Shown piece after piece: positions 9,362 through 19,213 of a DNA stretch of 64,000 nt. The notes beneath the pieces were generated by a model. It made no database searches. It was not told the origin of the DNA and saw nothing but the letters and a program-made list of their open reading frames with translations. The translations under genes were made by a program, and so were the position numbers. The first letter of the stretch is position 1. Every line of letters starts with the position of its first letter. Source of the stretch: an uncultured delta proteobacterium (GTDB lineage: Bacteria; Desulfobacterota; Binatia; Binatales; Binataceae); contig CAVZDJ010000037.1 in assembly GCA_963773975.1 (NCBI GenBank), positions 37,727 through 101,726 on the forward strand, read 5' to 3'.

Positions 9362-10144
9362 GTGACGGCCGCTCCACCGCTCGCCGCGTTCGCTTCGCTC
9401 ATAACGATCCTTTTCGCGGTCATCTTGGCGGTCGTCGGGTGCTCGATGCTTTCGGGATGCTCGTCCTCGGCGCCCTCCAGGCCGCAACTCGCGTACGGCG
9501 GAAGTTCGCATCCGGTCGAGCACGTCGTGCGCCCCGGCGAAACCGTCTATCACATCGCACACGCCTACGGCGTCAGCGTTCAGCGCCTGCTGGAGGCCAA
9601 CCATCTGAGCGATTCGCGCGATCTGCGCGTCGGCCAGAGCCTGCTGATCCCGGGTTCCTACACTTACGCCTCGCTCGGCGGCACCGAGAGCGCCTCGGGC
9701 GCGCTATGGAACGTGCCGCGCGCGCCGCGCCAGTTCGCATGGCCGCTGTGGTCGGGCACCGTGACTTCGGGCTTCGGGATGCGCCACGGCACGATGCATG
9801 ACGGGGTTGATATCGCGGCGCCGGCCGGCACCACGGTGCACGCCGCCGACGCCGGCGTGGTGGCGTTCACGGGAAAGCTCAACGGCTACGGCAACACGAT
9901 TATCATCCGTCACTCCGACAACTACGTGACGGTCTACGGCCACAACTCGCGCATCCTGGTAAGCGAGGGTTCATCCGTGGCGCGCGGCCAAAGTATCGCG
10001 GAGGTCGGCACCAGTGGACGGACCACCGGCCCGAATCTCCACTTCGAGGTGCGTTACGACAACCACGCCTACAATCCGCTGAGCTATCTTGCGCCGCCGG
10101 GCCCCTCGCCCATCGAGAGCTTTGCCCGCAACGGTCCCTCCTAG
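9362..10144 (+). CDS. nlpD: LysM plus M23 (LytM) peptidase lipoprotein, NlpD-like
   Basis: A LysM domain (VRPGETVYHIAHAYGVSVQRLLEANHL) is followed by an M23 peptidase domain (HDGVDIAAPAGTTVHAA...GHNS...NLHFEV). The start is uncertain: I suggest GTG at 9362 preceded by a G-run, and the hydrophobic N-terminus ends in a VVGC lipobox. Confidence 0.7.
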   Translation: MTAAPPLAAFASLITILFAVILAVVGCSMLSGCSSSAPSRPQLAYGGSSHPVEHVVRPGETVYHIAHAYGVSVQRLLEANHLSDSRDLRVGQSLLIPGSYTYASLGGTESASGALWNVPRAPRQFAWPLWSGTVTSGFGMRHGTMHDGVDIAAPAGTTVHAADAGVVAFTGKLNGYGNTIIIRHSDNYVTVYGHNSRILVSEGSSVARGQSIAEVGTSGRTTGPNLHFEVRYDNHAYNPLSYLAPPGPSPIESFARNGPS

Positions 10145-10192
10145 TATCTTTAGCCGGACCCGCGCACCATACGCGCCGGGCACCAACACCTG

Positions 10193-10717
10193 ATGATGGA
10201 ATTGAACGAACTGCGAAGACTCGTGCGTGACGTGCCGGACTTTCCCAAGCCGGGGATCATGTTTCGCGACATCACTCCGCTTATCGGCGACGCGCGCGCC
10301 TTTGCCGCGATGGTCGATATGATGGCGGCGCCGTTTTTGGGCAAGGTCGACACCGTACTCGGAGTCGAGTCGCGCGGCTTTATCGTCGGCGCGCCGGTGG
10401 CGTACCGCCTCGGGGTGGGGCTGGCGATCGCGCGCAAGCCGGGTAAATTGCCCTTTCACACGATCGGCGAAACCTACGACCTCGAGTATGGCAGTGCCGG
10501 GCTCCAGCTCCATGAAGACGCCCTCGTGCGCGGCGCGCGCGTGCTGATCGTCGACGACCTGCTGGCGACCGGCGGCACGGCCGAGGCCACCGTGCGGCTC
10601 GCGCAGAAACTCAATGCCACGATCGTGAGCTGCGCCTTCGTGATCGAATTGGCCGCGCTCCACGGGCGCGAACGCATCGAGCCCGTCCAATGCTTCTCGC
10701 TTATCCGGTATGATTGA
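10193..10717 (+). CDS. apt: Adenine phosphoribosyltransferase
   Basis: It has VPDFPKPGIMFRDITP and a PRPP-binding loop (VLIVDDLLATGGT). Length is about 174 aa. Confidence 0.9.
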   Translation: MMELNELRRLVRDVPDFPKPGIMFRDITPLIGDARAFAAMVDMMAAPFLGKVDTVLGVESRGFIVGAPVAYRLGVGLAIARKPGKLPFHTIGETYDLEYGSAGLQLHEDALVRGARVLIVDDLLATGGTAEATVRLAQKLNATIVSCAFVIELAALHGRERIEPVQCFSLIRYD

Positions 10718-10742
10718 AGCTGCCAGTATGATTGAAGCTGCC
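10707..10742. repeat. 18-bp tandem duplication (2 copies) that spans the apt stop codon
   Basis: GGTATGATTGAAGCTGCC followed by AGTATGATTGAAGCTGCC. The first copy contains the apt stop codon (TGA). Confidence 0.8.
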
Positions 10743-10826
10743 CCGACCGTCGGGGTTACGCAGCCGAATCGGTGACCGCCGTAGCGCGCGTGACATCCGG
10801 CATCGTCCGACGGGCGTGCGAGTTTC

Positions 10827-11732
10827 GTGCAACTCGATGAAATGCAGCATGCGGTCAGGACGGATCGAAACCGTCTGCTGATCGTGCTCGCCGTAACGGC
10901 GCTCTATTGCGCCGCCGAATTCATCGGCGGGTACTACGCGAACAGCCTCGCGCTGATTTCCGACGCGGTCCATCTGCTGACCGATATCGCCGCGCTCTGT
11001 CTTGCGCTGCTCACGCTATGGATCTCGACCCGGCCGGCGAGCGGCGTCAAGACCTACGGCTACTTGCGCGCCGAAATCCTGGGCGCGCTCGCCAACGGGC
11101 TCTTCCTGTGGCTGCTGGTGATCTTCATCTGGTTCGAGGCCGCCGAGCGTCTGCGCGATCCGCGGCCGGTCGCGGGACTGACCGTAATCGCAATCGCAAC
11201 GGTCGGCCTGGGCGTCAACGGTTTCTCGGCCTGGATGACGCACGCGGCCGGAACCGAGGCGGGACGGCCGGGGATGGCGGTGCGGGCGGTATTCGTCCAC
11301 GTGCTATCCGACCTGATCGGCACGTTCGGCGTGATGCTGGCGGGCGCGCTGGTGTTTTTCTTCGGCTGGGCCCAGGCCGACGCCCTGATAAGCCTGCTGA
11401 TCGGCGCGCTGGTGCTTTACAGCTCGTGGGGCCTGGTGCGGGAGGGCGTCGACGTCCTGATGGAATCGGTCCCGGCGCATATCGACCTCGAGGAGTTGCG
11501 CCACGATCTGCTCGCGGTCCGCGACACCGAGGAAGTCCACGATCTTCACGTATGGTGCCTGGCGAGCCGCCAGTTCGCGCTCTCGGCGCACGCGGTGGTC
11601 GCGCGCGAGGCCGATCAGGATCGCGTGCTCTCGGAGATGTCGGCCATGCTCGAGCGGAAGTTCAACATCCGGCACATGACGGTACAACTCGAACGCGATA
11701 GCCGCCGCGCGAGCGAGCCCGAGCATTTCTGA
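10827..11732 (+). CDS. Cation diffusion facilitator (CDF) family metal efflux transporter (CzcD/ZitB-like)
   Basis: Six transmembrane segments, a conserved ISDAVHLLTD motif, and a His-rich cytoplasmic C-terminal domain. Confidence 0.8.
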   Translation: MQLDEMQHAVRTDRNRLLIVLAVTALYCAAEFIGGYYANSLALISDAVHLLTDIAALCLALLTLWISTRPASGVKTYGYLRAEILGALANGLFLWLLVIFIWFEAAERLRDPRPVAGLTVIAIATVGLGVNGFSAWMTHAAGTEAGRPGMAVRAVFVHVLSDLIGTFGVMLAGALVFFFGWAQADALISLLIGALVLYSSWGLVREGVDVLMESVPAHIDLEELRHDLLAVRDTEEVHDLHVWCLASRQFALSAHAVVAREADQDRVLSEMSAMLERKFNIRHMTVQLERDSRRASEPEHF

Positions 11733-12001
11733 AGCGCGGGTGCGGCGACTTTTACGACTTTTAATCGAAGGCTTTGACCGTAGCGGAGGATATCAGCCGC
11801 CACAGAGCGAACTGTCTATGCAGCACCGGGTCGACGATCATGCGCGCGTCCTCGGGATCGAGGCTCGCGCATCAGCTCGGTAGAGTCCTTGATGTCGGCG
11901 AACAGCGCCGTGACCGTCTTGCGCTCACCGTCGACTGTGGTCGAAGCATCCGGTGGCTCCGGGGTGATCCGAATCTCGGAAGCGGTTGATGTAGTTTGAG
12001 A

Positions 12002-12181
12002 TTAACCGTGAGCGGCCGCCGCCGCGTTACTCGCCAGCGCAGTGCCGCAGTCCTCGCAAAATGCCGAGGAAGGCGCGTTTTCCGCACCGCACTTCGGACA
12101 GCGACTGGAAAGCGGGCTGCCGCAGGCAGCGCAGAATTTCTTGCCCGTCGTGCTTTCGGTCCCGCACTTCGCGCAACGCAT
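12002..12181 (-). CDS. Double zinc-ribbon mini-protein (59 aa), absent from the ORF track
   Basis: Manual translation: MRCAKCGTESTTGKKFCAACGSPLSSRCPKCGAENAPSSAFCEDCGTALASNAAAAAHG. It has four CxxC pairs. A GAGGG ribosome-binding site precedes the ATG. It lies directly after the histidine phosphatase gene on the same strand. Confidence 0.5.
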   Translation of the reverse strand: MRCAKCGTESTTGKKFCAACGSPLSSRCPKCGAENAPSSAFCEDCGTALASNAAAAAHG

Positions 12182-12278
12182 GCCCTGGCCCTCGGAGAAA
12201 AGACGGCTGGGCCTCTTTTATCAGCCGGTCTTGGGAGAGGCCAGCGCGCCGCCCGAGGAGAGCGCCATACGTTTTCCG

Positions 12279-12983
12279 CTAATCCGCCGTGTTCCCGCAG
12301 TCTGCCAGGTGCTCGGTCACGTCCAGCGCGATCGGACGCCATCGCGCGCTGCGCAAATCCTCGCCGCCCGGCTCTTGCTCGAGAATGTGAATCGAGCCGA
12401 GATCGATATGCGGCTCGAATACGCCCGTCAACTGGCGCACGACCGCGCGAATCACCCCGCGATGCGCCATCATCAGCGCGTTAGAGGCCGCACCGCCGCT
12501 GGTGCGCGAGTCGTGCCATGACGCTTCCCGCAACGCTTGCCACGATGCGAGCATCCGCGCAGTCCCGCGCCCCACGCGCGCGACGAACTCCGCTCGGCCC
12601 TCGCCCTCGGGATAGACGAAGTCGGGCGCAAAGCGGTTTGCGTTCCAGCGGCGGAACTCCTCGGGATAAAGCGCCGCGATCTCGTCGGCGGTGAGGCCCT
12701 CGAACAGGCCGAAGTCGACCTCGGCGAACTCTTCGATTGCGATCGCCTCGGCGTCCCGACCGGCGATTATCCGTGCGGCCTCCGTCGCGCGCACCAGCGG
12801 GCTCGTGAATACCGGAGCTAACGCGTTTGCACCCTCGCGCGCTGCCAGCCATTCGCAAACCGCGCGCATCTGCCGGCGGCCCAAATCCGACAGCGCCACG
12901 TCGGTGCGGCCGTAATAACGGATGCTGGAATGACCCACGGTTTCGCCGTGGCGCACCAGCACCAACCGTATCGGTGCGGACAT
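12279..12983 (-). CDS. Histidine phosphatase family protein (phosphoglycerate mutase/cobalamin phosphatase-like)
   Basis: N-terminal catalytic motif LVRHGET...; about 234 aa. Confidence 0.7.
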   Translation of the reverse strand: MSAPIRLVLVRHGETVGHSSIRYYGRTDVALSDLGRRQMRAVCEWLAAREGANALAPVFTSPLVRATEAARIIAGRDAEAIAIEEFAEVDFGLFEGLTADEIAALYPEEFRRWNANRFAPDFVYPEGEGRAEFVARVGRGTARMLASWQALREASWHDSRTSGGAASNALMMAHRGVIRAVVRQLTGVFEPHIDLGSIHILEQEPGGEDLRSARWRPIALDVTEHLADCGNTAD

Positions 12984-12988
12984 CCGTG

Positions 12989-14299
12989 TCAGCCTCGCGT
13001 GGAGGGGATGTCGTCGAGCGGATTCAGCACCAGTCCGGTCAGCAGCTTGGGATAGAAGTAGGTCGATTTCTCGGGCATCACGGCGCCCGCGTCGGCGACC
13101 GCCTCGACATCGCTTATCGCCGGCGGATTCATCATGAAAGCGCCGCTGCCGGTGCCCGGGCCGACGTTGCCGAGCGCACCCAGGGCGTCGATGGTGTACT
13201 CGATAAGCCCGCCCGCCTTGATCTGTTCGGGCGTGATCTCAAAGATGCGCTTCAGCACCAGCGCGTGCAGCACGCTTACGTCGAGCCGCCGCACGGCCGC
13301 CGGAGCCCCCGGCATCGCGTCGGCCATCGCGCCCGGATCTTTGAGCCGCAGGAGCCGCAACTTGACCCGCTCGCCGCCGAGCGCGACCGCGATCGCGCCC
13401 TGCCCCGCTTTCGCGAGGGCCGCACGCATCGCCTCGGGGCTGCTGAACTCCTCGACGGCGAACAATGAGGCCACCCGCGTATCGAAGGACGCTATGGTCT
13501 CCGGATCGAGGCGGCGCGCCACGCGATAGGTCGGCAGGATTACCAGCCCCGAATCGTCGCAGGCGACGAGCGTCATCATCGTGTAGTCGTAGGGCCGCGC
13601 AGCGGCGGGATCGTGCTCGGCGGCGCGACGGCGGCGGCGAAACTCGAGCGCGGTTTCGTAGCGATGGTGGCCGTCGGCGATGAAGATGCGCGGGCTCTCG
13701 AGTTCGTCCTGAATCGTCGCGATTGCCGCCGCGTCCTCGATCGGACGCAACTGGTTGCGGATGCCGAGGTCGTCGGTGACCTCCAGCGCGGGCTCACGCG
13801 CCGCAAGCTCCGCCATGAGACTGGCGAGCGCCGGATGCGCGCCGGCGTAAAGGCCGAAGACCGGACTCACGTTGGTGTTGAGCGCGGTCAGCAGTTCGAG
13901 CCGATCCTGCTTGGCGGCGGGAAAAGTGCGCTCGTGCGGCAGGATTCTTCCGGCGCTGAACTCCTCCAGGCGGATACGCACGATAAAGCCGTGACGCCGG
14001 AGCAGGCGCCCCTCGATCTCAAAAAATTGCGAGTACAGATAAATCGCGGGCCGCGCGGCGCGCTTGAGCACTCCGTCGTTGAGCCATTCGCCGAGCGTGC
14101 GCGCCGCCGAGGCATAGCGGTCCGGATCGCGATTGAGCTCCAGGCGCACGACGTTATAGAGGCTGCGCGCGTAGAGCGCGTCCTGCCGCGCGTTGTCGAT
14201 GAGGTCATACGGCGGTGCGACGACCTGACTCGGCACACCCGCTCGCGCCGGATCGTAGAGCAGACCCGCGAATGGTTCGACTCGATGCGTCATCGGCAT
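12989..14299 (-). CDS. DUF1015 family protein
   Basis: About 436 aa. I recall the following motifs as DUF1015-type: IADGHHRYETA, FMMNPP, and a C-terminal EKSTYFYPKL. Confidence 0.6.
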   Translation of the reverse strand: MPMTHRVEPFAGLLYDPARAGVPSQVVAPPYDLIDNARQDALYARSLYNVVRLELNRDPDRYASAARTLGEWLNDGVLKRAARPAIYLYSQFFEIEGRLLRRHGFIVRIRLEEFSAGRILPHERTFPAAKQDRLELLTALNTNVSPVFGLYAGAHPALASLMAELAAREPALEVTDDLGIRNQLRPIEDAAAIATIQDELESPRIFIADGHHRYETALEFRRRRRAAEHDPAAARPYDYTMMTLVACDDSGLVILPTYRVARRLDPETIASFDTRVASLFAVEEFSSPEAMRAALAKAGQGAIAVALGGERVKLRLLRLKDPGAMADAMPGAPAAVRRLDVSVLHALVLKRIFEITPEQIKAGGLIEYTIDALGALGNVGPGTGSGAFMMNPPAISDVEAVADAGAVMPEKSTYFYPKLLTGLVLNPLDDIPSTRG

Positions 14300-14310
14300 T
14301 GCTTAGAGCC

Positions 14311-14937
14311 TCATCTCGATGCGCCGCCCTTTAACGCGGCGGCCAACTGGCGTTCGCTCACCGCTCCCTGGCGGAACACACGTATCCTGGAACGATCGAC
14401 GGCGACCACGGTACTGGGCGCGCCACCGGCAAGCTTGCCATTTTCAACGAACACTTTAATTTTATCGCCTAGCGCGGCGCGTGCCACGGCGGGCTCGACG
14501 GCCGGCGGTTCGCCGGCAAGATTCGCGCTGGTCGCGGTGAGCGGGCCACAAAGTGCAGTGGCGAGCGCGCGGGCGAGCGGATGCGATGAGACGCGCACGC
14601 CGACTCCGCCGTCGTCGCCGATAAGCGCGGCCGGAATTCCATCGCGCGCGGGCAACACCAGCGTAAGCGGTCCTGGCCAGAAGGTCTCGGCAAGGACCCG
14701 CGCCGCGGCCGGCACCTCGCGCGCGAGTGCGAACGCCATCGCGGTGTCAGCCGCGATCAGCGCGACCGGCTTGCCGGGCTCGCGCCCTTTAATCGCGAAC
14801 AGCCGCTCGAGCGCCTCCGGCCGTAGGGCGTCCACGCCGAGCGCGTAGAACGTCTCCGTCGGATAGACGATGGCTTCGCCGGCGGCCAACGCCGCCAGCG
14901 CGTCGCTGACGGCGCTGGACTTCTTCTCAGCCAACAT
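14311..14937 (-). CDS. tsaC: L-threonylcarbamoyladenylate synthase (YrdC/Sua5 family)
   Basis: YrdC fold motifs (VYPTETFYALG, PGPLTLVLP, SANLAGEP). I take the ATG at 14937, which has a GGAG ribosome-binding site, over the GTG at 14985 that abuts the purD stop. Confidence 0.75.
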   Translation of the reverse strand: MLAEKKSSAVSDALAALAAGEAIVYPTETFYALGVDALRPEALERLFAIKGREPGKPVALIAADTAMAFALAREVPAAARVLAETFWPGPLTLVLPARDGIPAALIGDDGGVGVRVSSHPLARALATALCGPLTATSANLAGEPPAVEPAVARAALGDKIKVFVENGKLAGGAPSTVVAVDRSRIRVFRQGAVSERQLAAALKGGASR

Positions 14938-14985
14938 GAATCGCTCCGCAACTCTCGGCGGCCACGGGAAATGGTCTGATAGCAC

Positions 14986-16305
14986 TCACTGAGGGAGACG
15001 GTCGAGAGCGCGGCGCGCGATATCGCGGCGCATCTGGAGGCCCTCGAACTCGATCATCGCGGCCGCTTCGTAGGCGGCGCCAACCGCGCGGCGCAAATCC
15101 GCGGCCATCGCGGTCACCACCAGCACGCGGCCGCCATCGGACACCAGCCGCCCCTCATGCATCGCGGTGCCTGCGTGAAACACCTTCACTCGCGTCTTGT
15201 GCAGCGCCCATCGCACCTTCGCCTCCGACGGCTCAGCCCCGTCGATACGCTCAAGCCCGCTTATCGCGAGCCCCGTGCGATACTCGCCCGGATATCCGCC
15301 CGAAGCGAGCACCACCGCCGTCGCGGCGCGCGGCGAAAGCCTGACGCTCACGCTATTCAGGCGCCCCTCGGCCGCGGCGAGCAGCGTTTCCGCCAGGTCG
15401 CCCTCGAAACGCATCATCAGCGGCTCGCATTCGGGATCGCCGAAACGCACGTTGTACTCGAGCACATTGATTCGCTCGCCGTCGACCATCAACCCCACGA
15501 ACATCACGCCGCGAAACGGCGCGCCGCGCTCGCGCATCGCGCCGAGCGTCGGCATCACCACCTCGTCCATCACGCGCGCCTCGAACGCCGGGCCGAAATG
15601 CGGCACCGGCGTATACGCGCCCATCCCGCCGGTGTTGGGACCGCGGTCGCCGTCGAAGGCGGCCTTATGATCCTGCACCAGGCCGAGCGCGACCGCATTT
15701 TCGCCGTCGCACAGCGCGAAGAAGGAAAGCTCCTCGCCCGCGAGGCGCTCTTCGATCACGACTCGCGCGCCCGCCGCGCCGAAACGCCGGCGCTCCATCG
15801 CGTCGTCGATCGCGGCCAGCGCGGCCGCGGCGTCCTCGCACACGACGACCCCCTTGCCCAGCGCGAGGCCGTCCGCCTTGACCACCAGCGCGCCGCCCCG
15901 CGCGCGGACCCATCGGCGCGCCGCCTCGGCCTCGTCGAAGACCTCGAAGCTCGCGGTCGGCACTCCCGCCTCGCGCATCACGGCCTTGGCGAATGCCTTG
16001 CTCGCTTCCAACTGCGCGGCGGCCCTGGTCGGGCCGAACACTCTGAGTCCCGCGCGATCGAACTCGTCGACGATTCCGGCGGCCAGCGGATCCTCGGGTC
16101 CGACCACGGTGAGATCGATTTTTTCGCTGCGCACGAAATCGACGAGGCCGGCGAAGTCGTGCTGCGCGACAGGGATAACCTGCGCCAGCTGGCTTATTCC
16201 GGGATTGCCGCCGGCGCAGTAGAGCTTGCGCGCCGTCTCGCTCTGGTTGAGCCGCCAGAGCAACGCGTGCTCGCGCCCGCCCTTGCCTATCACCAATACT
16301 TTCAT
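14986..16305 (-). CDS. purD: Phosphoribosylamine--glycine ligase
   Basis: N-terminus MKVLVIGKGGREHAL; ATP-grasp fold; 439 aa. Confidence 0.9.
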   Translation of the reverse strand: MKVLVIGKGGREHALLWRLNQSETARKLYCAGGNPGISQLAQVIPVAQHDFAGLVDFVRSEKIDLTVVGPEDPLAAGIVDEFDRAGLRVFGPTRAAAQLEASKAFAKAVMREAGVPTASFEVFDEAEAARRWVRARGGALVVKADGLALGKGVVVCEDAAAALAAIDDAMERRRFGAAGARVVIEERLAGEELSFFALCDGENAVALGLVQDHKAAFDGDRGPNTGGMGAYTPVPHFGPAFEARVMDEVVMPTLGAMRERGAPFRGVMFVGLMVDGERINVLEYNVRFGDPECEPLMMRFEGDLAETLLAAAEGRLNSVSVRLSPRAATAVVLASGGYPGEYRTGLAISGLERIDGAEPSEAKVRWALHKTRVKVFHAGTAMHEGRLVSDGGRVLVVTAMAADLRRAVGAAYEAAAMIEFEGLQMRRDIARRALDRLPQ

Positions 16306-16397
16306 CAGGCCGGTACCTTCGCGCAGATGTCACCCGCGACCGCGAGATTAAGAATATCGCGCGCGTGGCGTCGCTATTCCATTGTGACGTGCAGCGT

Positions 16398-17963
16398 TCA
16401 GTGCCGGAAGTGGCGCACTCCGGTGAAGACCATCGCGAGTCCGTGCGCGTCGGCGGCGGCGATGACCTCGGCATCACGCATGGCGCCGCCCGGCTGCGCA
16501 ATTGCGGTCGCGCCGGCCTCGGCCGCGAGCGCCGGCCCGTCGGGGAACGGAAACAGGGCCTCAGACACCAACACCGAATCTTTAAGTGATACTTTAAGCC
16601 GCGCCGCCTTCTCACGCGCCGCGTACAGCGGGTCGATTCGCGAGGTCGCGCCGCCGCCGACCGCCAGCGTCCGATCTTCGACAACGAAGGCGATCGCGTT
16701 GGACTTGATGTGCTTGCACACCCGGATACCGAATTCCATCGCGCGCAGTTCGGCGGGTGTCGGCGCGCGCCGTGTCACGACCTTGCCCTCGCGCGGGTCC
16801 TCGAGGCTTAAGTCGGGCGTCTGCACCAGCAGGCCGCCGACCACACGTTTGAGATCGAGGTCGTCGCGCCGCACCGCCTGGGGATGAAACCGCATCACGC
16901 GCCGGTTTTTTTTCTTGCGCAAAAACTCCAGCACGCCGGGCGCAAAGGCGATGCCGATCAAAACCTCGGTGAACAGCTCGTCGACGGCCTCGGCGAACTG
17001 CAAGTCCCACGGCCGGTTGGCGATAATTATCCCGCCGAAGGGCGAATCGGGATCGGTCGCGAACGCTTTCTCCCAAGCCTCGAGCAGCGTCGCGCCGACG
17101 CCTACGCCGCACGGCGTGTTGTGCTTGAGGATCGCTACCACCGCGTCGTTGTAGCCGTCGAAGTCGAGCATCAGGTTGACCGCCGAGCTGATGTCGAAGA
17201 CGTTATTGAAGGAAAGCTCGCGGCCGTGGAGCTGTTCGGCGATTTCGAGAAAACGCCCGTAGAGCGCGCCGACCTGATGCGGGTTCTCGCCGTAGCGAAG
17301 CGGCTGCTCGCGCGGCAGCGAGAGACTGAAGGTTTCGCCGAGCGGCTGGCGCTCGCCGTTTTCGATCGCGCCGAGGTAGTTCGAGATCGCGCAGTCGTAA
17401 GCGGTCACGCGCGCAAACGCCTTGCGCGCCAGACGCCATCGGGTCTCCCGCCCAAGTGTCCCGCCACCGCTTCCTAGTTCCTCGATCAACGCCGGATAGT
17501 CGCCCGGGTCGACCACCACCGCGACGTCATTCCAGTTCTTGGCCGCCGCCCGCACTAGCGTTGGGCCGCCGATGTCGATATTTTCGATCGCTTCGTCGAG
17601 GCTTACGCCCGCCTGCGCGACCGTGCGTTCGAAGGGGTAGAAGTTGACCACCACGAGATCGATCGGCTCGATCCCGTGTTCGCGCATCTGGCGCTGATGG
17701 CTTCCGTCGCCGCGCCGCGCCAGGATTCCGCCATGAATCTTCGGATGGAGTGTCTTGACCCGCCCGTCCAGCATCTCGGGCGAGCCGGTAAAGTTCTCGA
17801 CCCCGCGCACCTTGATCCCGGCCGCTTCCAGAGCCGCCGCGGTGCCGCCGGTCGAGATTACCTCGACTCCGTGCGCGGCCAGCGCCCGCGCGAGTTCCTT
17901 CAACCCGGACTTGTCCGAGACGCCGAGCAGCGCCCGGGTGATTTTCACCGCGCAATTTTCCAT
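16398..17963 (-). CDS. purH: Bifunctional AICAR transformylase / IMP cyclohydrolase
   Basis: The MGS-like N-terminal domain (ALLSVSDKSGL..., GRVKTLHPKIHGGIL) is followed by the AICARFT domain. 521 aa. Confidence 0.9.
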   Translation of the reverse strand: MENCAVKITRALLGVSDKSGLKELARALAAHGVEVISTGGTAAALEAAGIKVRGVENFTGSPEMLDGRVKTLHPKIHGGILARRGDGSHQRQMREHGIEPIDLVVVNFYPFERTVAQAGVSLDEAIENIDIGGPTLVRAAAKNWNDVAVVVDPGDYPALIEELGSGGGTLGRETRWRLARKAFARVTAYDCAISNYLGAIENGERQPLGETFSLSLPREQPLRYGENPHQVGALYGRFLEIAEQLHGRELSFNNVFDISSAVNLMLDFDGYNDAVVAILKHNTPCGVGVGATLLEAWEKAFATDPDSPFGGIIIANRPWDLQFAEAVDELFTEVLIGIAFAPGVLEFLRKKKNRRVMRFHPQAVRRDDLDLKRVVGGLLVQTPDLSLEDPREGKVVTRRAPTPAELRAMEFGIRVCKHIKSNAIAFVVEDRTLAVGGGATSRIDPLYAAREKAARLKVSLKDSVLVSEALFPFPDGPALAAEAGATAIAQPGGAMRDAEVIAAADAHGLAMVFTGVRHFRH

Positions 17964-17964
17964 C

Positions 17965-19098
17965 TCAGGCCGCCTTGCGATAAACGCGTGGCACGCGTTT
18001 GCCGACCGTACAGAGCATCTCGTAGGAGATGGTTTGCGCGAGGCGCGCGATGTCGTTGACGCTGATCATCGCCTCGCCCGCACCGCCCCACAGGATGACC
18101 TCGTCGCCGACCGCCGCGCCGGGAACGTCGGTCAGATCGACCATCGTCAGGTCCATGCAGACCGCACCGACCACCGGCGCACGGCGCCCGCGGATCATCA
18201 CTTCACCGCCGTGCTGAAGTCCGCGCCGATAGCCGTCGGCGTAGCCGACCGCGAGCACCCCGATTGCGCTCGGCCGCGGCGTGACGAAAGTATGACCATA
18301 GCTGACGCCGACTCCGGCCGGCACCCGCTTGACCTGGACTACGCGGGTCTTGAAGGTCATCACGGGCCGCAGTTGGACCCGCTCGCGCACGGCCGGCACG
18401 GGCGGCAATCCATAAATTGCAAGCCCTGGGCGCAGCAGGCTGTAGTGCGCGTCGGGCCGCAGGATCGAGGCGGCGGAGTTGGCGACGTGAGCGACCCGCA
18501 GATCGATCCCGGCCGCCCGCAACCGCGCGGCAGCGGCGTTGAACACTTCAAGCTGGGTGCCGGTCACGGGGCTTTGCGGATCGCCGGCATTGACCAGCAA
18601 GGTGCACACGCCCTCGACCGTCAGCGAGGGCGCGCGCGCGAGGTCCGCGATCGCCTGGTCCAGTTCGCCAGGCAGAATCCCAAGACGGGTCGCGCCGCTA
18701 TCTATCTTCAGGTGAATCAGAAAATTAGCGCGCGCCTGCGCCTCCACGGCGCGCTGCATCGGCGCGATCAAGGCGACGTCGTACACGAATGGAGTGACGT
18801 CGAGGGCGACAATCTCCTCCGCCTCATGGGCGAGAAATCCTCCCAGCAGATAGATCCGCTCGTGAACGCCGGCCGCCCGCAACTCGCGCGCCTCGCATAC
18901 GCGGGCAACGCCGAAGTGGCCGCAACCCTCGCCGCGGAGCGCGCGCGTGACCTCGATCGCGCCATGCCCGTAGGCGTCGGCCTTGACCACCGCCATCAGT
19001 TCCGCGCCGCGGCCGGCCGCTTTGATCGCCCTGTAGTTGGCGCCCAACGCCCCCAGGTCGATCTCGGCCACGGTCGGCGGCCCATTCGCGATTTCCAT
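17965..19098 (-). CDS. alr: Alanine racemase
   Basis: PLP-binding motif AVVKADAYGHG; 377 aa. Its stop is 1 nt from the purH start. Confidence 0.9.
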   Translation of the reverse strand: MEIANGPPTVAEIDLGALGANYRAIKAAGRGAELMAVVKADAYGHGAIEVTRALRGEGCGHFGVARVCEARELRAAGVHERIYLLGGFLAHEAEEIVALDVTPFVYDVALIAPMQRAVEAQARANFLIHLKIDSGATRLGILPGELDQAIADLARAPSLTVEGVCTLLVNAGDPQSPVTGTQLEVFNAAAARLRAAGIDLRVAHVANSAASILRPDAHYSLLRPGLAIYGLPPVPAVRERVQLRPVMTFKTRVVQVKRVPAGVGVSYGHTFVTPRPSAIGVLAVGYADGYRRGLQHGGEVMIRGRRAPVVGAVCMDLTMVDLTDVPGAAVGDEVILWGGAGEAMISVNDIARLAQTISYEMLCTVGKRVPRVYRKAA

Positions 19099-19213
19099 CG
19101 ACGATTGAAACCGTCCTTGTAAGGTCTCCCCGGTGATGCTCCCCCCGGATGCGCTTGATGATACCGGCCTGATCCGTTTTTTGACACTCCCCTGCCCAAG
19201 TGATATTCACACA

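Noticed and set aside
8465-9604. 379-aa minus-strand ORF rich in Arg, Ala and Gly
   Set aside because: It is antisense to pcm, low-complexity, and has no ribosome-binding site or homology. A high-GC antisense artefact.
13613-14848. 411-aa plus-strand ORF
   Set aside because: It is antisense to the DUF1015 and tsaC genes, which have clear family motifs.
15157-16887. 576-aa plus-strand ORF
   Set aside because: It is antisense to purD and purH, His/Arg-rich and low-complexity. The purD and purH translations are unambiguous.
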